Below are positions 25,514 through 38,874 of a stretch of DNA of 64,000 bases, piece by piece. The stretch spans positions 31,806,001 to 31,870,000 of the forward strand of contig NC_043013.1 in NCBI RefSeq assembly GCF_006345805.1, given 5' to 3'. The DNA is from Octopus sinensis (lineage: Eukaryota). The notes beneath the pieces are model-generated. The model was not told the DNA's origin and ran no database searches. It saw only the letters and a list, made by a program, of their open reading frames with translations. The stretch's first letter is position 1. The number at the start of each line of letters is the position of its first letter. A program made the translations under genes and the position numbers.

Positions 25514-28052
25514 GCACAACAGCTTCCACAAGGACATGTGTTACATCAAAAATTCTTGGTTGGGGATGCAAATCCTCTCATTCGCGTACGACATAATGCG
25601 GCAGCAGCATAGAATTGAAGCGTCCATCTCTTTTTCTCTCAAAGTAGAATGAGGAAAATTGGATGTTGAGGTAATGTAAATAAATAAATACATATATAGA
25701 CGTGAAGATGGAGGGGCGAGAATTCGGGACGAGGGATAAAAAATGTATAAAAAGTGTAAGTATAGAAAAATATAAAAATGTAGGGCATAAAGATATAAAG
25801 AGTTATAAGGAGATGTAAAGGGGGTATAAAAATATAAAGAAATATAAATAAATGTAAAGGCATAAGGTTATAAAGTAAAAATAGAAATAGAAATAAAAGT
25901 AAAGAAACATGATAAAAATATGATAAAAATGTAAAAGAATGTAAGATAAGGGATGTATAGAGGTTACGGACCAAGCATGGTGGTCAGGAGATTGATAAAA
26001 TTTAGTTGTAGAATTGTCAGTAAATCAACGGTTCGTCTGGGGACCTAGTGTGTTGAAAATCAGAGCTGATGAGCATTTAATCTGGTTCCTTGAATAAATG
26101 GACTTCTAGTACATACATATCATCATGGATACATACACCCACATACGCGCGTACATATACGCCTCCAAGCCTATAAGCATACACACGCACTCGCGTGTAA
26201 ACATGTACATAAACACACACGCACCCACACGCACGCGCGTACATATACATACATACGACAGAATATCCGCATGTATACACGGACACTATACGCGTACACA
26301 CTCACATGTACATACGCGCGCCCATCCCTACATACACACACGTATATGCCCACGCCTCTAGGTCTAGATATAAGATATTAAAGGATGTATATAAGAACGT
26401 ATGTAAAAAATCACGTACTCATGTCTATACGTGCACGCACACACGGCTGTGTGTCCGTATGTGCGTGCACATATACACTCATATATACACACAGAGACAC
26501 ACGCGCATATGGGTATAGCTATAAGATATCGAAATATGTATGTACATATATGCGCGTGCCTATGTATGTATGCGTATACACACGTACGCGGACGCTCGTA
26601 TAGTCAAAAAGTGGATCCATAGGTAAGTAAATAAACATATATAGAGGTGTAAAGCGATAAGTTAGGGGTAAGAATGAGGGTAAGGGTAAAAATTAGAAAT
26701 AAAAAATACAGTATAAAATAAGAAATACAATGTAATAGTTAGAAATTAAATATAAGAATTATAAAAATTATAAGAGTTAAGGTAAGGGATGAAAATAAAA
26801 ATGAGAATAAATGGAAGTAGAATAAAAGTAAAAATAAAAATAAATGGAAGTAGGATAAAAGTAAAAATAAAAGTAAAAATAAAAATAAAATAAAATAAGA
26901 TAAAAATATAATTTGGTAAAATATGTTTATTTACTTACCTATGGATCCATTTTTTGACTATACGAGCGTCCGCGTACGTGTGTATACGCATACATACATA
27001 GGCACGCGCATATATGTACATACATATTTCGATATCTTATAGCTATACCCATATGCGCGTGTGTCTCTGTGTGTGTATATGAGAGTATATGTGCACGCAC
27101 ATACGGACACACAGCCGTGTGTGCGTGCACGTATAGACATGAGTACGTGATTTTTTACATACGTTCTTATATACATCCTTTAATATCTTATATCTAGACC
27201 TAGAGGCGTGGGCATATACGTGTGTGTATGTAGGGATGGGCGCGCGTATGTACATGTGAGTGTGTACGCGTATAGTGTCCGTGTATACATGCGGATATTC
27301 TGTCGTATGTATGTATGTGTACGCGCGTGCGTGTGGGTGCGTGTGTGTTTATGTACATGTTTACACGCGAGTGCGTGTGTATGCTTATAGGCTTGGAGGC
27401 GTATATGTACGCGCGTATGTGGGTGTATGTATCCATGATGATATGTATGTACTAGAAGTCCATTTAATTCAAGGAACCAGATTAAATGCTCATCAGCTCT
27501 GATTTTCAACACACTAGGTCCCCAGACGAAACTGTTGATTTACTGACAATTCTACAACTAAATTTTATCAATCTCCTGACCACCATGCTTGGTCCGTAAC
27601 CTCTATACATCCCTTATCTTTACATTCTTTTACATTTTTATCATATTTTTATCATGTTTCTTTACTTTTATTTCTATTTCTATTTTTACTTTATAACCTT
27701 ATGCCTTTACATTTATTTATATTTATTTATATTCTTTATACCCCCTTTACATCTCCTTATAACTCTTTATATCTTTATGCTCTACATTTTTATATTTTTC
27801 TATACTTACACTTTTTATACATTTTTTATCCCTCGTCCCGAATTCTCGCCCCTCCATCTTCACGTCTATATATGTATTTATTTATTTACATTACCTCAAC
27901 ATCCAATTTTCCTCATTCTACTTTGAGAGAAGAAAGAGATGGACGCTTCAATTCTATGCTGCTGCCGCATTATGTCGTACGCGAATGAGAGGATTTGCAT
28001 CCCCAACCAAGAATTTTTGATGTAACACATGTCCTTGTGGAAGCTGTTGTGC

Positions 28053-28130
28053 GCGGCTGAAGAAGGCCACAGACATACATTATGCATTGTTATAAATCTG
28101 TCTAATAAAGGCCCGAAACATATGTACCGC
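28053..28130 (+). ncRNA. Type I hammerhead ribozyme at the right outer end of the palindrome
   Basis: GCGG-CTGAAGA-AGGCC...GGCCC-GAAA-CATATG-TA^CCGC; palindromic stem III ACATATGT, GUA triplet. Confidence 0.8.
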
Positions 28131-28315
28131 TGAATCCTTCGCATCATGTTTTTATTTTATTTAGATCAATTTACTCCACCACCTACACCACCAAACGGTA
28201 TACACAGGTGCTTATAATTATCAAGTACTCACCCCGAATTTCTATATATATATATATGTTTATTTTGTTCGTATATATTTTACACGCGTGCAACACACAC
28301 CTGTATATACATATC

Positions 28316-28381
<66 letters not shown>

Positions 28382-28382
28382 T

Positions 28383-28864
28383 ACAAATTAGTAAATAAAT
28401 GGCATAACTAAGTACCGATATTTACTGGAAATAGCGAACGTAAGAATACGACGCTAATGTGTAGCTTCACCGCGTATGTATTAGCAAAATGCGTGTGTGC
28501 AACAAACTAGAGTAAAAAAACCGTCTTACCTCCAGGGAGAACATCTGAAAGATGAAACACCCGGAAAAGGACAATGTGGGACCTGCAGGTTTCAGGTTTT
28601 ACAAGATATGTCTCTCACCCATATTTTGTTTTACCTTCATCAGCCAAGCATATACCAAGACGAAATCTACGATGTTACCACATTAATACTATCACACTCG
28701 ACTGAAATGCGGAACGCTAACAGTACGAGAAACGGTGAAGAAGTTTCAAAATATCAGTATTTTGCTACATACGCGGTGAAGCTACACATTAGCGTCGTAT
28801 TTTTACGTTCGCTATTTCCAGTAAATATCGGTACTTAGTTGTGCCATTTATTTACTAATTTGTG
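28383..28864. mobile_element. About 105-bp inverted repeats enclosing a hammerhead-containing spacer
   Basis: 28383-28490 is the reverse complement of 28759-28864. Confidence 0.8.
28577..28646 (-). ncRNA. Type I hammerhead ribozyme, GUC triplet
   Basis: TGG-CTGATGA-AGG...CCT-GAAA-CCTGCAGG-TC^CCA; palindromic stem III ACCTGCAGGT; stem I extendable through a 2-nt bulge (ATG/CAT). Confidence 0.7.
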
Positions 28865-28952
28865 TATTTTTCCCTCACGGGCTACATTTTACTGGAAGGC
28901 GATACTTTGTATTGCATTACTGATATATATATATATATATATACACATACAT

Positions 28953-28987
<35 letters not shown>

Positions 28988-29623
28988 CATATCATATATA
29001 TATGCATATGTGTGTATATATATATATCTCGCTCTCCCCCTCTCTCTCTCTCTGTATATTATATATATATATATATACAGAGAGAGAGAGAGAGAAAGGA
29101 GAGAGAGAGAGAGAGAGAGAGAAAGGAGAGAGAGAGAGAAAGGAGAGAGAGGGGAGTGAGAGAGAATGGGTGACGAATATAGGTACTTGAAATACCTCGC
29201 AATATAATCCTTGATCTTATTAAAATCATCCCCCAACCCTGCCTTCTCTTCTTCATTCATCATTTCTTACATTTCTATATATATGTATATGGATGGTCCT
29301 GATTACACAAAATTAAGTAATTAACGCTCATGTAAAGAAATGCAACTGAAACACAGTGAGAGTGATTTTTTATTAGTTTTCTCATCAAATGTGCGAGTTA
29401 AATGTTGCACATAACTGGACATAATTTTAGCTTTCTTGTACATATTTATTTTTTTATTTAATATTGTTTTGTTCTTATGCTTAGTAACTTTGCGTATATT
29501 TTGGGCATTGTGTCCACTAGTTTAATTAGATTGCTCTCTTGGTAAATAAATGCCTCAGTTTCACGAATTAATATCATGTGATACATTTATATTCGCAGAT
29601 GCATACAAAATCATGTATACATG

Positions 29624-29670
<47 letters not shown>

Positions 29671-30029
29671 TTACATGAGTGCTTGGCTTGTATGTGTATA
29701 GATAATTAATTAACCAGCATGTAATGAATTATGTAGTGGGGAAGATTTTTTCAGTTTTTTCTATTTGTCTATTGACACATACACAAAATAAATATTACTG
29801 ATACATTTAATTTCTATTTAAGATTGAAACACACCTGGTGAGTTGAGATTGGCGAATGTTTTCTACATATTTTATAGTTAGGAGCATTGTTGATTCATCC
29901 CAGAAGGCTGGTTTTATGTCCTGAAATGTGATATTCACACACACACGCACACACATACACATACACACACAAACACATATATATGTATAAAGAGCGAGAA
30001 AGCGAGAGAGAGAGAGAGTTGGATTTGAA

Positions 30030-30160
<131 letters not shown>

Positions 30161-30764
30161 GAGAGGCTCGCTTGTAATGGTAGATTAGTTTGGATTTTCC
30201 TCTGGATGCGTTTTCTATTAGCAGTTAAGCCTGCAGTCAAAATGTCGACTGAACTCAATTATAGTCAATAATGCGCATATGCATTTTGTTATTCAGGTTT
30301 CCATTTCATTAAGCATACTCTAAATGAAATTGTAATGCCACAATATTAAGGTTTGAATTGTTTGTTTTCGTTTTTTTTTTTTCCTTTTCTTCTTCTACTT
30401 CTCCCTTTGCGTTTGCTTTCTAGTAAAGGCAATATAATTGTAATTACCGCAAACAAGAGGTGTGGGCTAACATTAATGATCCTGTTGAAGATAGTATGCA
30501 TTACACACAATGAAATGATGATTCTTCTTGCTTTGCAAGTAATTAGAGTACTGGGGGTTTTTATTGTCTCGTTGCGTTTCTTCGGAGATGCATTTAATAT
30601 CTAGAATAATGTTTCCCCGTTGACAATCACGTTATGTAACGTTGTTTACTGGGAAGAAGTCTTATATTTTATAGTTTCAAATTTTATAATCATCATCAGT
30701 CTCATTATCTTTTTTCTTTTTTTTCCTCCAATCATTAAATTACGGCCATGCTGGAATAATGCCT

Positions 30765-30946
30765 TCAAGTACCTTTTATCGACGAATCAAACCCAGTACT
30801 TCTTTTTGTTTTTAGCCAGCTACTTATTCTATCAGTGTAGTTTACGGAACCGCTTGGTTACAGGTACGTAAACACCAACATCGGCTCTCAAGCGCTTGTG
30901 GGGGACAGACACAGAGGGTTTGACACATACATACACATACACACAA

Positions 30947-30986
<40 letters not shown>

Positions 30987-31140
30987 CCGGCTTTTTTCAG
31001 TTTTTGTCTACCAAAATCGCTCACAAAGCTTTTGTCTTCCCGAGGCTGTAGTAATAAACATGTTCCCAAAGTGACATGCAGTGGGAGTGAACTCAGAAGC
31101 ATGTGATTGGGAATGAACTTCTTGCCGCATGGCCATGCAT
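30765..31140 (-). mobile_element. SINE family A, old copy
   Basis: Diverged reverse-complement match to 37708-38160. Confidence 0.65.
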
Positions 31141-31712
31141 ATACAATTTCTTAGAATATACGTAAAAAAGATTGTTGACCATATGCCTACTGCCAAAGAA
31201 GTTTCTTTTGGTCAACTCGGATTTAAGAATATCACTTATAGATTGATGGTGATTTAGTGCTGTTGTTTATTACCAACTTATTCCTGACCAAAGGCATTTC
31301 ACTCTTGACCAACAAGCTTGTATTTCTTTAAATCATAAAACATTTATTTAAAACATTACGTCGTAGGTTGTTGGGATCTTACTCAGAGGAAATGAGATAC
31401 AGTATGAATGTAGACATTTTGCGTTCAAATTACATCAGAAATATTAACAAAAATAAAAATCTTGTTCATAGGGCTGTCTTTGATTTACTCTTATTATCCC
31501 ATTCTAATATATTCTCACATGATTTGAACGCAACCTAAAATAGTCAAACCAAACCCGTTTCATTTCTGCTTCCAGAAAGAACTGATTAACATGAAACGTT
31601 CTTAAATGTTTCAAAGTTTATACGTTTTTAGCAATTAGTTTACCTTCAGATTGTTGATACTGAAGCAGGATTCGATCATATAACAGATACGATAGAAACT
31701 TATATCACATAT

Positions 31713-32013
31713 GTTTGTTCCTTCTCGAGCCACGCCTGGCTCATTAGGGCCGGCTTTCCAGTTTCCTTGGCCTATAGGTTCCCCACTTGGACGGGACGCC
31801 GGTCCGTCGCAGGTGAGCTGCAAGATGCTTGAGGAAAGAGTGAGAGACAGTTGTGGCAAAAGAGTCAGCAGAAGTTCGCCATTACCTTCTGCCGGAACCG
31901 CGTGGAGCTTACGTTTTTTCGCTCATAAATACACAACGCCCGGTCTGAGATTCGAGCCCACGATCCCTCGACTGTGAGTCCGCTGCTCTAACCAGTAGGC
32001 CATGTGCCTCCAC
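31713..32013 (-). mobile_element. tRNA-headed V-SINE-like element with 11-bp TSD
   Basis: Minus strand GGCCTACTGGTTAGAGC...GCTCGAATC head and V-domain-like TGCGACGGACCGGCGTCCCGTCC; TSD ATATCACATAT at 31702-31712 and 32014-32024. Confidence 0.8.
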
Positions 32014-32334
32014 ATATCACATATAGACCGCTTTATATATGTACTTCATTCTTGATTTACCATGCGCTTAATTCTTTATAAAGGCTATGGGAAGGATAGT
32101 ATTAGATAAAAAATTAGTTGCTATTTCTGGAACTTCAAACTCTAAAGTAGACTTTGATTGGATAGCTCATAATAACAGTGTCTATTAATGATGGTGACTT
32201 AGGATTAACGAATGCTTAAATTTATTAAGTAGTGTTGTTGATTCAGAAACATCACTGGCTCAGTCGAAAGTATTGACTGAATATTTCGAAATTAGACGGA
32301 TTTGTGGTGGTGGCAAAAGTATTACTAAGGAGAT

Positions 32335-32530
32335 CATTTCCCCTATAGGCACAAGGCCTGAAATTGCGGAGGGGGAGACTGGACGATTACATCGACCCCA
32401 GTGTTTCACTGGTACTTGTTTTATCGACCCCGAAAGGTTGAAAGGCAACGTCGATCTAGGTGGTATTTGAACTCAAAACGTAGCGGCGAGCGAAATACCG
32501 CTAAGCACTTTCTCCAGTGTGCTAACTATT
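32335..32530 (-). mobile_element. SINE family B
   Basis: ATCGACCCCGAAAGG...GAACTCA signature. Confidence 0.75.
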
Positions 32531-32606
32531 CTGAAAACTTGCTGCTTTTGTATTGATTAGATATTCCGAAAGTATTGATTGCATATTCCGAAATTAGACG
32601 GATTTG

Positions 32607-32664
<58 letters not shown>

Positions 32665-33323
32665 AATAATAACAAAACAACACCGAATGCGGTAAAAATA
32701 ATTGCTATACTTTAACCATATATCATCATGAAATCGAAGAGAATTAGTTTCGAATGCCCTTCTGCAAGGATCATCACATTCATAAATTAATTACCCCTTT
32801 AGATTTTCGTTGTGTAGACTACTGCGAGTTATATTAAGGAGATTTCGCTATATTTTCTTTTCTTTATTTTAAATGCAGCAGCAACCAAGCGACATCCTTA
32901 AACGTAGGAAAAGAAGATTTTCGATATTTCTTCATTTCTTTACGTCCTAAGTTCCAATTTCCTTACAGTTAGCTTCGCCTTTCAGCAATCCTGCTCAAAG
33001 ATCCATGATATACTCTGCCTCTCTTGCCTTAAAAATGGCTAACTTTGTGCGTAGATCAGAAACAATTAAGAGCAGTTTAAGCCAATATGTCTGGCTTCTC
33101 CGTTGCTTCTTTCTAATAACTTTCTGTAGTCCTGGTGCTAATATTTCTAACATCTTCGAAACCAGTACATAATTTAAAATTACCGTACCATATAGGATAC
33201 AAAGGCAATTCTAAACTACTCAGTCTTCCCTCAGAATGACACAGAATTCAGTGAAGTAGCACATGCTAATTTGTAAAAACATACAAATGAGGATCATATT
33301 TACAGTTTTCTAGATGTAATTGA

Positions 33324-33663
33324 AACAAGAGCACTCAGAGAGCGCAAACCTCCGCCAAGGTGACACCACCGCCATCTCAACGATTAGCCGGAGATGATTT
33401 TTAAAATGAGAATATCTGATATATACTCGACTGCTCTCTCAAACGAGAATACTAAAAATGAATCCGACCGCTCTCAAAATTTAATCAAAAATACCGGGGA
33501 TCGATCCCAAAATATAATCAGTTCGTGCCAGTCGCCAGACCAAACATCTTTGAAAGTTTCATCCGAATCTATCCAGCGGTTCTTGAGATATCTTGTCCAC
33601 GGACAAAGAAACAAACAATCATGAGTGTAAACAATACCTCCGCCTTTGCTAAGGCGGAGATAA
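33324..33663 (+). mobile_element. Helentron/Helitron2-like non-autonomous element
   Basis: 5' subterminal CCTCCGCC (33349) and 3' hairpin CTCCGCCTT-TGCT-AAGGCGGAG (33638-33659); second copy at 47514-47858. Class inferred from the terminal layout. Confidence 0.55.
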
Positions 33664-33912
33664 TAATCTCATACTAACGACAGGACGATATTTATGTAAG
33701 GGTCCAATGTATATAAAAATGAGTGTGAGCATTTGTCTGCATATGTGTGCGTCATTCATTGTAGATACTTATAAATAAAAATACCTACATATGAATCGAA
33801 GAATATACATATACAGTAAGCCTTCGACTATCGCATGTGTTACGACCCAAAGCCACACCACACCCCCGCGATAGGTAAAAACGGCGAAGTAGAAACAACT
33901 GAATTGTATATA

Positions 33913-33968
<56 letters not shown>

Positions 33969-34232
33969 TGTATATATTTATTTTATTATAAATGCAAAAC
34001 AACACAGGGGAACCGACGTAAGCTTAAATAATAAACCGTGATAGGTGACCCGCGATATGGTGAGGGATTTCTGTACATATAAATATATCTGGAATGAAGT
34101 TCGCTCTCTTTTCCTCTCTCTCACCCTCTAATACTTATTGTATATTTTACCACAGCAAGACCATAGGAGATATCTCAGGATAAGTATTGTAGTAACTATC
34201 ATGTTAACAATGTGTATACATGAAGTATATTG

Positions 34233-34320
<88 letters not shown>

Positions 34321-34771
34321 TTTGTGTGCGCGTGTGTATGTGTATGTTCGTGTATGTGTAATTATATACATGTGTATAAAAGGCAGGGGAGAGAGAAAAT
34401 ATTACTGTCAAGGTGAAAATAAAAATATAATCTAGATGCATATATCAGTTTATGATATGGACAAAGAGCACAATCAGAAATGGATTTAGTTACAGAGAGA
34501 AACTTCTCCCAAGACGCAAATAAAATACTTCTCAATTTACATATCAATTCATGAAATGGATAAAGCAAAAATATTATATTATATTGCATATCTGTATGTG
34601 TGCGTGTGTCTGTGCCTTCGCGCGTGTGTGTATGTGTGTAGCATATTGTGCATTGTATACTGTATATTTGGAACCAATGTATAGTATGTGATAAAAATAA
34701 ATGTTATACAAAACATTCTGATTCCAAACAAATGTGTCAAATTACTATTTTTACTGGAGATATGTCTGTAA

Positions 34772-35103
34772 TGGCTCAGTGGTTAGAGCGTCGAGCTTAC
34801 GATCGTGAGGTTGTGAGCTCGAATCCCGGACCGGGCTGCGTATTGTGTTCTTGAGCAAGGCACTTTATTTCACGTTGCTCCAGTTCACTCAGCCGTAGAA
34901 TTGAGTTGCGACGTCACTGGTGCCAAGCTGTATCGACCTTTGTCTTTCCCTTGGATAACAGTGGTGGCGTGGAGAGGAGAGGCTGGTATGCATGGGCGAC
35001 TGCTGGTCTTCCATAAACAACCTTGCCCGGACTTGTGTCTAGGAGGGTAACTTTCTAGGTGCAATCCCATGGTCATTCATGACCGAAGGGGGTCTTTACC
35101 CTT
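34772..35103 (+). mobile_element. CORE-like SINE family C with 11-bp TSD
   Basis: TSD TATGTCTGTAA at 34761-34771 and 35104-35114; homologous to 9458-9780. Confidence 0.85.
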
Positions 35104-35157
35104 TATGTCTGTAAACATTTAGAAAACCTCCCAACAGATATAAAATATACTCTTTTA

Positions 35158-35364
35158 GTCTTTTACTTGTTTCAGTCATATGACTGTGGCCATGGAGCAC
35201 CGCCTTTACTCGAACAAATAGACCTCAGAACTTATTCTTTATAAGCCTAGTACTTATTCTATCAGTCTCTTTAGCCGGACCGCTAAGTTACGGGCATGTA
35301 AACACACCAGCATCGGCTGTCAAGCGAGGTTGGGGAACAAACACACGCATATTCACACACGTAC

Positions 35365-35401
<37 letters not shown>

Positions 35402-35618
35402 ATATAATATATATATATATATATAATATATATATTATATTATATACATATATACGACGGGCTTCTTTCAGTTTGCGTCTATCAAATCCACTCACAAGAT
35501 TTTGGCCGGCCCGAGGCTATAGTAGAAGACACTTGCCCAAGGTGCCACGGCGTGGGATTGAATCCGGAACCACGTGGTTAGTAAGCAAGCTACTTACCAC
35601 ACAGGTACTCCTACGTCT
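35158..35618 (-). mobile_element. SINE family A
   Basis: Reverse complement of the 37708-38160 copy, with a central (TA)n. Confidence 0.85.
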
Positions 35619-35865
35619 AATATAGATATTTTCCTGATAATTATTACAAAAGTAGTTCCTAAGGCATAGGTATATTATGGATGCAGAACTTCTCAGAGAT
35701 AATATTATATATATTTTCCCTTCAAGATCTTCCCTTACATGGTCTGCTAGATGCTATACCAATGAGTCAATGCGCTTTATGCTACTGCTTGGACTATTTC
35801 TAAATACTTTGGAATTTTAATAATATCAGCATATAAAACACCACTTTAATATTTAATGATTACCT

Positions 35866-36080
35866 TATGCGAAGAACTGGCAGAATCGTTAGCATTCCGG
35901 ACAAAATGATCGACAGCATTTCGTCCGTCTTTACGTTCTGCACTGAAATTCCGCCGGGGACAACTTTACCTTTCGTCTTTTCGGGGTTGATAAAAGAAAT
36001 ACCAATTGAGCACTGAGGTTGATGTAATCGATTTAATCTCTGCTCTGAAATTGCAGGCCTTGTGCCAAAATTTGAAACCA
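35866..36080 (+). mobile_element. SINE family B, old copy
   Basis: CTGGCAGAATCGTTAGCA head and AAATTCCGCCG body. Confidence 0.7.
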
Positions 36081-37707
36081 ATATTTAATGTTTACCTAAC
36101 ACTGGAAAATATGGCAAAATTAGAATAATTGAATTCTTGTGAGAGAAAGGTATTAGATTGAAATAATAAGCATCTAGAAGGAAAGAGTGTATAGCAATTA
36201 ATCTATAAATTTTCAAAGCAATTTTATACTAAACAAAAATAATTCAGGGCCACAAATTTTTATCAAAAATTTTATTGAAATGAGAGTGACGGAGAGGGAG
36301 AGGTGCAATGGGCTTCCTCACTTGATGCGTCCTGTGCTTGTATTTACATGCGTTATGGACACGTGATTGCGTTTTTATGACTGTCTTAATGACATACGAG
36401 TGAATACCTCTTTCGACTTTAAGGCAAAAATATTTCTGCTTGATAATTCACGCTACAAATTTCCCGATATTATCTGAAGCTATTCACTTCATATTCGCTC
36501 ATGATAATTGGGTTCGTTGCAGTCTATGACTAAATTATATAACTTGCATCGATGTCTTTAAGACTTTTCTTAATACCTAGAACAAAATATCTACGTTACA
36601 AAATACATTTTCAAATATAATCACCACCACTAAAAAAAACTTGTACACGGGTATTAAAAAGGTTTCTATGCATTTAGTTTTCTTCATTTATAACTATAAA
36701 ACCAATGCAAATATCATTACAGAAGCAAACTGCCATGTGTAGCTGAAAAAAACTCGTGCACGCTACTTATTTACCATAGGATATTCAACATTTTTAACTC
36801 AATTTCAATTTTTATTGCACTTAGCTGTCAACTCGTAAATCTTCATTATTTCTTTTTTAATATTATTACAGCAGAACAGAATGCTACGAACCGATATTTA
36901 TGCAAGAAATTTTGCGCGATAATATGTAAGAAACTGGATTTTTAATGCCGTTACTGTGTGCAAAGAAATCATAGAATAATCATATTTGTATTTGTTTTAA
37001 GAAAATAAAATGAGCCCCAAAATATTATATTTTATATTCCTACTAAACATAGAACTTCAGTCCATAATCCTACGTATAAATATATTTAGTTAAAAGAAAA
37101 AAATGCTTTGAGAAAAAAATATTTCAAATATCATTTCTATCAGAAAACATAACACGATATTAAATGAAGAACTTCCAGATCGATTAACGATTCAATACCT
37201 CTGTACCACAAATCGAACATGATAGGGGTAATATATCACCAAGTGCATTTTATTGGCTGCATATAAATTCAATAACTACATAATTTATATAACACCAAGA
37301 AAAATTTAGCTACTAACAGAGATCCAAGCGATGGGACACGTATCCTGTGTTCAGTGAAATAGTAAATGAAAAGCAAATTATTTGTACCACCCGAAAAGCA
37401 TATTTGATCTTTGATCATAGAACTATGAAACACACTTACTTTACAATCTATTGCCTGCTTCATTTCTCGGCGAGTTGGAAAGTATTAATATCCTTGATTA
37501 GGGATATTCTCCATTTCTATACTTTCTTATATCTCTCTCACACCATATATGGAAACCTTCCTGGATATCATGTTCTACATGTTTGGCCCTTCTACAAACA
37601 GCTGTAAGGAAGTTTATCATTTTTTCAAACGCACTATTTCAATAAAACCAATTTCGAGCGATGCCAAGTCTTCTGCTTTTTTATTTTCTATTTTAATAAA
37701 TAATAAA

Positions 37708-37877
37708 GGCGCAGGAGTGGCTGCGTGGTACGTAGCTTGCTTACCAACCACATGGTTCCGGGTTCAGTCCCACTGCGTGGCACCTTGGGCAGGTGTCTTC
37801 TACTATAGCCTCGGGCCGACCAGAGCCCGACCTTGTGAGTGGGTTTGGTAGATGGAAACTTAAAGAAGCCCGTCGTA

Positions 37878-37929
<52 letters not shown>

Positions 37930-38160
37930 CATGTACGTTTCCGTGTCTGTGTTTGTCCCCCTAGCATTACTTGACAACCGATGCTGGTGTGTTTACGTCC
38001 CCGTAACTTAGCGGTTCGGCAAAAAGAGACCGATAAAATAAGTACTAGGCTTACAAAGAATAAGTCCTGGGATCGATTTGATCGACTAAAGGCGGTGCTC
38101 CAGCATGGCCACAGTCACGTGACTGAAACAAGTAAAAGAGAGAATAAAAGAGAGAAAAGA
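37708..38160 (+). mobile_element. SINE family A, full length
   Basis: GGCGCAGGAGTGGCTG.GTGG A-box head, GGTTCAGTCCC B-box-like motif, central (TA)n/(TG)n, tail into (TAA)n. Confidence 0.9.
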
Positions 38161-38173
38161 GATAATAATGATG

Positions 38174-38236
<63 letters not shown>

Positions 38237-38874
38237 GTAATATTATTATTAGGGAGAATTACTCCAAATTTACAGGGAATAATTCAATTTAGCATTAAAT
38301 CAAATTTCGCATTATAAATATATAAAATGTAATGCATAATAGTGGTTTTATCTCTAATATATATTATATATATACACGGTTGGGAATGATGAGTGCTTAA
38401 TTCCGCAATGGTTGATAGATATTCTTTACTTGAGGATTGAAAAGGGAACCAATGACTCCACATGAAAGTGTGCATGGAGACAGACAGACAGATAGAGAGA
38501 TAGATAGATAGATAGACAGATAGATAGATAGATAGACTTGACGATGACTTCGATCACAAAGATATCTAAAAGTCTGGTCCTCTCCATCCACCCGGCGTGC
38601 ATGCAAGCTGGTTTCTGATGTGACCGATCGGCAAACGTTAGATCCGCCCACACCAGCTGCTGGGATTTGTCTATGTTGAACTGATATAGTCCGTCCACCG
38701 GGCTTCACTCCCTTCAAGGTTTGCTTGCCGCTTTACCTTATATGCACTGGCAGGCCTCTGTAGAATACTACAGTAAGTAGTGCAGTTAGCTTCCGGTAAA
38801 TTTTGTGAAGTACACCCGCACGAGTTTCACGAAGGAAACAAAGCCTTGGTTTTTTGCGTGGAATCAAATACCCT

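Larger units (their letters stand above)
25407..28160. repeat. Large palindrome: arms 25407-26640 and 26921-28160, 280-bp spacer
   Basis: The arms are near-exact reverse complements; the ORF track returns mirrored peptides on opposite strands (e.g. 26125..26361 + and 27200..27436 -). Confidence 0.95.

Noticed and set aside
26060-26110. CTGATGAG followed by a CATTTA/TAAATG hairpin inside the palindrome arms
   Set aside because: No GAAA after the hairpin and no stem III or cleavage triplet, so not a hammerhead.
37435-37602. Segment with strong acceptor and gtaagt donor on the minus strand
   Set aside because: All three frames contain stop codons.
38540-38760. Protein-like minus-strand ORFs with a good branch point and acceptor
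   Set aside because: All frames from the acceptor hit stops; ARWTDYISS and LVWADL fit a decayed RTE tail at least as well.
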